Origin: Candidatus Zhuqueibacterota bacterium
Lineage (GTDB): Bacteria; Zhuqueibacterota; Zhuqueibacteria; Residuimicrobiales; Oceaniaggregativiventaceae
Length of the DNA stretch: 64,000 nt
Assembly (NCBI GenBank): GCA_014728085.1
Contig: WJMF01000069.1
Span: forward strand, 25,318 to 89,317
Direction of reading: 5' to 3'
Shown: one piece after another, positions 59,651 to 64,000 of the stretch
Layout: every line of letters starts with the position of its first letter
Numbering within the stretch: the stretch's first letter is position 1
The notes under the pieces: model-generated
Told to the model about the DNA's origin: nothing
What the model saw: only the letters and a program-made list of their open reading frames with translations
Databases searched by the model: none
Program-made: the position numbers and the translations under genes

Positions 59651-62600
59651 TTAACGAAAAGCTGCCGTAACTTGTGCCCTGCCTGTATGGATTACCCTGT
59701 CGCGTTCAGGCTCATTTCGACCATAATACGACAGCGTTGCCTGTATGGTGTCTGATATTCTGTAATCAAAGCGCACATCCCACCGCAATGATTGCCCCAT
59801 ACTTCTGCCATTGGCCATTTCATATGGAATGGGACGGTCATCGGGGGTTGCATCGACCTGGCTCCATTCAATATTTCCCCTTACTCTTCCACGTTCTCTC
59901 AAGGAATAGGAAATTCGGGGTATGATAGAAAACGCCTGCACCGTTGTCGGTTCAATATAGGCGCGATCTTGTTCATAAGAGGCCCGACATTGAAGCGCAA
60001 TCTCAAATCGTTGATCGGGTCGGTAAGAGAGATCAACATCAGCTTGTGATGTGTGTATATCTCGGTCCTGCCGGCCGGCATAAAAAAAGCGGCGCAGCGT
60101 ACGCTCCCGCATGAGCTCCGTCTTGCTGTTTAAAGAAGAGGTCAACCGGGAAATCAGACGAATCGAATTTTCACGTTCGCTCCTGTCCTGTCCGCCTTCC
60201 AGGTATTGATTGTTTTTTTCATCTCGCTGTCTAAAGCGATATCGAAGGGAGAAATCTCTGCTGTGCTCGAATAGATAAAGATCCTGTCTAAAATTTATGT
60301 TTCCCACGATCGTATTGGTGGGATGCTGAAATCTTTTCAAGTTAAGCAAATAGATATCCCAAACATCTTTGTCCTGCGTTCTCTCCTCAAGCGAAATAAA
60401 ACTTTCACTCGAAAAAGCTTTAATTGCCTTTTTCCACCAGCGTTGTTCGGGATTGCGCTGTAATCTGGAAAAAAAGCGTGTCGGCTCTAACCTGATTCGA
60501 GCACTGGTTTTCAATTCAATTACGGGAATAAACTGATCTGTCGTCAACACTCTCATAATATAATCACCAAGAGGATCATTTACATATTCGTTGAGATCCT
60601 CGTCAAATCGATAATTGCCATCTCCCTCACTGACTTTGATATAGATGCGTTCCTTCTTGGCCGTTGCTGTATTGGAAATTTGATAATTCAGTTGTGTGTT
60701 GAGCGCGTTTTTCCAGGGTGAATATCGGGTCGTAATTTCAGCCAAATCCGTTCTTACCGAACTCTGTTGCGGATCAGTATATGACCGGCGACGATGCGTA
60801 AAAGCCATGGTTCCGGAAAAAGACCCTATGCGGTGCCATTGCATTCGTAGCGATTGAGTTGAAGCCGTAGATTTTTTTGTAAACTGATCCATCGATGTGT
60901 AATCACTGTCATCCCTATATGTCATTTCTGCTGTTGCAGAAAAACGACTGCCGGGAATAAATTCAATGCCGGCATCAACCTCATCGAATTTGAATCCGGT
61001 ATACAAGGAATCGGACCAATTTTCCTTTTTAACTTCCCCCTCATAATTTGCAAAAGGTTTAAAATGCCAAAACTGAACCCGAGTATTCCCCCGTTGGCGC
61101 CACCATTCTCCATCCACTTTATTCCTATCATCATTCTTGCTGATGCTCTCGATACGGTACTGATAGGATGGCCAGCCTTTTTTTTCAAACCAGCTGGATA
61201 ATTGAGATCGCGTTGAGGCAAAATAATCCCCTTTTTTGATGTTGCCATATTCACCGCTTATCTGCATAAAGGAACGAGGCAAATATTTTACGTTAATTTC
61301 CCGAACATCCTCCTGCCTTTGAAATGATTCGCTCAGGTCCCATTTGCGATTGTATTCGATTTCTGTTGTTCTATCGATATCCCGAAAACGATTGTTGATC
61401 TTTCGCCATTTTGCCGAGAGATCAATACTTCCCAGGTGTTTCTTCAACAAGCGCAAAGAGTCGTTCTGAATTGTCAACTGCCAATGTTGTGCAACGCCGT
61501 CATTGTCATTGTCGTCAATCGATGAATATATGTTTCGATCCAAACTGCTCAGAGCGATTTCCGATTGCAAAGAAATTGCAGGATGTGGATTGATTTCGAG
61601 GTCAAAATCAAGCAAATATTGATTTTGAGGGGTTGCCAAAAGTTGTACCGGTGCATAGCGTCCACGATGATCCCCAATATATTCATAAACCCCTCCCCCC
61701 TTGTATTCATATGCGCCATTGCCACTACCGACATCTGAAAAGGAAACATTGTAATCACCGGAATCCTGGCCCACATGGACGAAAACGCTGTCTTCAGTAA
61801 GACGGTATCGTCCATTGCCTTCCCCGACAAAAGTTGCCCCATCCTGTACTGCTTCATCCGGATTGTCCCCGGCATTTTCCAATATTCTGCGCTTGTCATC
61901 AGTGAGGACAAAATCGAGCGGATTTTCCTTGTCGTCGGCTTCTCGAATAAAAGAAGAACCAAATTGAATGCGATCATGCCAAAAGCTTGTGCGTGAATAA
62001 AAGGTATAAAGATGCCGCCTGAAATTCTCATCTGAATATTGAAAATCAACGACAATGCGGGAATCGGAAGTGATAAGCCTCCTTCGGGTGAAGGTCAGTT
62101 GTCCGGCAGCATAATCAATTACATAATCATTGGATTCGCCACGTACCATAGCTTCGCCATCAATATAAACCCGTTCGGTGCCAGCCAATATGATGATATC
62201 AATCTGCCCCTGATCCCCTTTTAGCTGGTATGGTCCCTGGTATCCTTCCCTGCCCTGAATAGACTGGGAGCGGTACTTTCCACGAGAAACGGCAACCGAG
62301 GCAAGTGCCTTCGTATTTCCATAATCCACCTGTCCCATTGCGCCTTGTAATTTTCGGTTATATTGCGCAAAACGCGATGCCTGCAATTCTACATTATAAT
62401 CGCCCATGGTAGCAGAAAGATGAGGCGATTTAATTCTGACAAAGACTTTGTCGATTTCTTGCAGATTTTGTGTTGTCCCTTCAGGTTGAATAGGCGTACT
62501 CTGATCCGTCAGAGCAGCGGTGACGTTTACATCCCTGGCAATTTCTCCGCTTATGTTAATATTCAATGCAGAGTTTACTTTGAGACCTCGATTGTTTCCA

Positions 62601-63061
62601 ACCGTTATCCCCCGGGTAATACTACCGCTTTTATTTAGCCGTGAAGCATAGTTTTCTTCAGGGGTTTCAGCTTCTATTGCCGGCAGTTCAGCTGTACCGG
62701 TCGGAGCACCGAAAACCCGTTTGAATAACTTTCGATGATAATAATTTTTTTTGATTTTATAGGGAAATATCTTGTAAATAATCCTGATTTTAGCCTGGTT
62801 GGGAACCCCCTGTCGAAAACGAATCTCTCCGTCTATGGCATTCAAATTATATTCGGAATCTGAGAGTCGGGTACCATCGATAAACACCCGTTCAGAATTT
62901 TCAATGATCAGGCTGTCCGGCAAAAGATAAGGACCTTTACGATCCTGCCCCATAATGACAAAATCTTTTTCAAATAGAGAAAAGCTTTCAATCTTGCCGA
63001 CGGTTTGAGCTAAACTATACCCCGATCCGCAGAAAATAAGTATGAGAATCCACTGCCGCAT
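59651..63061 (-). CDS. Large predicted outer-membrane beta-barrel protein of unknown function
   Basis: Signal peptide, GSITRGITVGNN, GYQGPYQL, GTERVYIDG, DYVIDYAAGQLTF, amphipathic strands, C-terminal QVTAAFR. Confidence 0.7.
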   Translation of the reverse strand: MRQWILILIFCGSGYSLAQTVGKIESFSLFEKDFVIMGQDRKGPYLLPDSLIIENSERVFIDGTRLSDSEYNLNAIDGEIRFRQGVPNQAKIRIIYKIFPYKIKKNYYHRKLFKRVFGAPTGTAELPAIEAETPEENYASRLNKSGSITRGITVGNNRGLKVNSALNINISGEIARDVNVTAALTDQSTPIQPEGTTQNLQEIDKVFVRIKSPHLSATMGDYNVELQASRFAQYNRKLQGAMGQVDYGNTKALASVAVSRGKYRSQSIQGREGYQGPYQLKGDQGQIDIIILAGTERVYIDGEAMVRGESNDYVIDYAAGQLTFTRRRLITSDSRIVVDFQYSDENFRRHLYTFYSRTSFWHDRIQFGSSFIREADDKENPLDFVLTDDKRRILENAGDNPDEAVQDGATFVGEGNGRYRLTEDSVFVHVGQDSGDYNVSFSDVGSGNGAYEYKGGGVYEYIGDHRGRYAPVQLLATPQNQYLLDFDLEINPHPAISLQSEIALSSLDRNIYSSIDDNDNDGVAQHWQLTIQNDSLRLLKKHLGSIDLSAKWRKINNRFRDIDRTTEIEYNRKWDLSESFQRQEDVREINVKYLPRSFMQISGEYGNIKKGDYFASTRSQLSSWFEKKGWPSYQYRIESISKNDDRNKVDGEWWRQRGNTRVQFWHFKPFANYEGEVKKENWSDSLYTGFKFDEVDAGIEFIPGSRFSATAEMTYRDDSDYTSMDQFTKKSTASTQSLRMQWHRIGSFSGTMAFTHRRRSYTDPQQSSVRTDLAEITTRYSPWKNALNTQLNYQISNTATAKKERIYIKVSEGDGNYRFDEDLNEYVNDPLGDYIMRVLTTDQFIPVIELKTSARIRLEPTRFFSRLQRNPEQRWWKKAIKAFSSESFISLEERTQDKDVWDIYLLNLKRFQHPTNTIVGNINFRQDLYLFEHSRDFSLRYRFRQRDEKNNQYLEGGQDRSERENSIRLISRLTSSLNSKTELMRERTLRRFFYAGRQDRDIHTSQADVDLSYRPDQRFEIALQCRASYEQDRAYIEPTTVQAFSIIPRISYSLRERGRVRGNIEWSQVDATPDDRPIPYEMANGRSMGQSLRWDVRFDYRISDTIQATLSYYGRNEPERDRVIHTGRAQVTAAFR

Positions 63062-63079
63062 AAACGTACCATCACCTTT

Positions 63080-63988
63080 TTAATTGACCCGCAGTTCAAA
63101 AACGTGGATGCAGTGACGATTAAAGTCCGCGGCATAAAGACGATTTTCAAAGAGAGCAATATCGCTAAAAAAAGAGTTCGCAAAACCCTTCAGCCGGCTG
63201 CAATCGATTCTTCTCCCTTTTAGGGTAAAAAAGAAAAAAGACGGGGGATCCGTTTCTGCAACGCAGAGAATATTGTTTTGATATAAATCCAGACCGGTAG
63301 GCTTGTTTAGTGTATCTGTTCCGATTTCAAAAATATAATTGCCAAAATAATCAAATATCATGATGCTCTGCCTGCCCTGGTCCGAAATATAGATTAGATC
63401 ATCTCTGGATATAACACACTGTTTTGGATCATAAAGCGCTCCCTCTCCCCAATCATAGCTTCCGAAACTCATTTCAGGCTCAAACTGGGCATTCAATTTT
63501 AATACTTTGGCCATTTCTCCATCAATAACAAACAAGTCCTGATGCAAACTCGCCGTTAGAGAAACCGGATATTGCAGATCAAATCGCTCTTCCTCTCTCC
63601 GGTTTGATGAAATAGAATGTATCCAGTGTAAATCCTTATCGTATCTCTCGATTCGACTGTTTTCATAATCTGCAACAAAAACATCCATACCGCTCTGAAT
63701 AATAATATCCATAGGGCGCTGGAACTGTTCCACTCCCCATCCAAAACCACCATTAAAAGTGATCAGGCTTCCACTTTGATCAAACTTTTGAATGCGATGG
63801 TTGCCGGTATCCGCAACATAAATATTTCCGTTCATGTCGGTATCTATCCCCATCGGAGCGTTTAGGTCTCCCGGTTTTTCTCCCTGTTCACCAAAAGAAA
63901 AGAGATGAAACAGTGCTACCGCATTTTGCGCCGCTGCGAATTGAGCCGAAACAAGAAAAAGGACAATTATATAACTATATTTACTCAT
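63080..63988 (-). CDS. NHL-repeat beta-propeller protein
   Basis: PMGIDTDMNGNIYVADTGNHRIQKFD and further NHL repeats; signal peptide. Confidence 0.85.
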   Translation of the reverse strand: MSKYSYIIVLFLVSAQFAAAQNAVALFHLFSFGEQGEKPGDLNAPMGIDTDMNGNIYVADTGNHRIQKFDQSGSLITFNGGFGWGVEQFQRPMDIIIQSGMDVFVADYENSRIERYDKDLHWIHSISSNRREEERFDLQYPVSLTASLHQDLFVIDGEMAKVLKLNAQFEPEMSFGSYDWGEGALYDPKQCVISRDDLIYISDQGRQSIMIFDYFGNYIFEIGTDTLNKPTGLDLYQNNILCVAETDPPSFFFFTLKGRRIDCSRLKGFANSFFSDIALFENRLYAADFNRHCIHVFELRVN

Positions 63989-64000
63989 ATTGATATTCCT

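Noticed and set aside
1-64000. Mobile elements, prophage, defence systems, selenocysteine read-through
   Set aside because: No transposase, integrase, phage, RM/TA or cas motifs recognised, and no in-frame TGA splitting a conserved domain other than prfB.

Overview
A gene-dense, moderately AT-rich chromosomal segment from a diderm bacterium, probably of the FCB group (KSB1/Calditrichota-like). This placement is an inference from PorU, the T9SS/FlgD-Ig C-terminal domains and the Bacteroidetes-type LysS insertion. Most of the window is housekeeping and envelope genes: prfB with its +1 frameshift, alr, lysS, lolC/E/D, clpC, M48 protease, 5'-nucleotidase, NUDIX, an archaeal-type GlmU-like enzyme, rsgA, rseC, porU, mpl, rodZ-like, maf, dtd, a DGGGP-synthase-like UbiA protein, greA, pepD, a MacAB-like set, ade, PNP and an Omp85 protein. 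I found no tRNA, rRNA, CRISPR array or transposase. The best candidate for an undescribed system is a three-gene cassette at 33.3-42.3 kb. It encodes a tail-anchored SH3b protein, a cohesin-like lipoprotein and a 2413-aa T9SS cargo with dockerin/cohesin-like modules, an apparently split (interleaved) PKD domain and an apparently permuted laminin-B-like domain. Other points worth checking are an active/pseudo amidohydrolase pair with an SSS transporter, a greA leader terminator, a tandem-R3H protein, a SprA-like large outer-membrane protein and two pseudogenes not annotated as such in the ORF track. All domain calls come from motif recognition by eye; no database searches were run.
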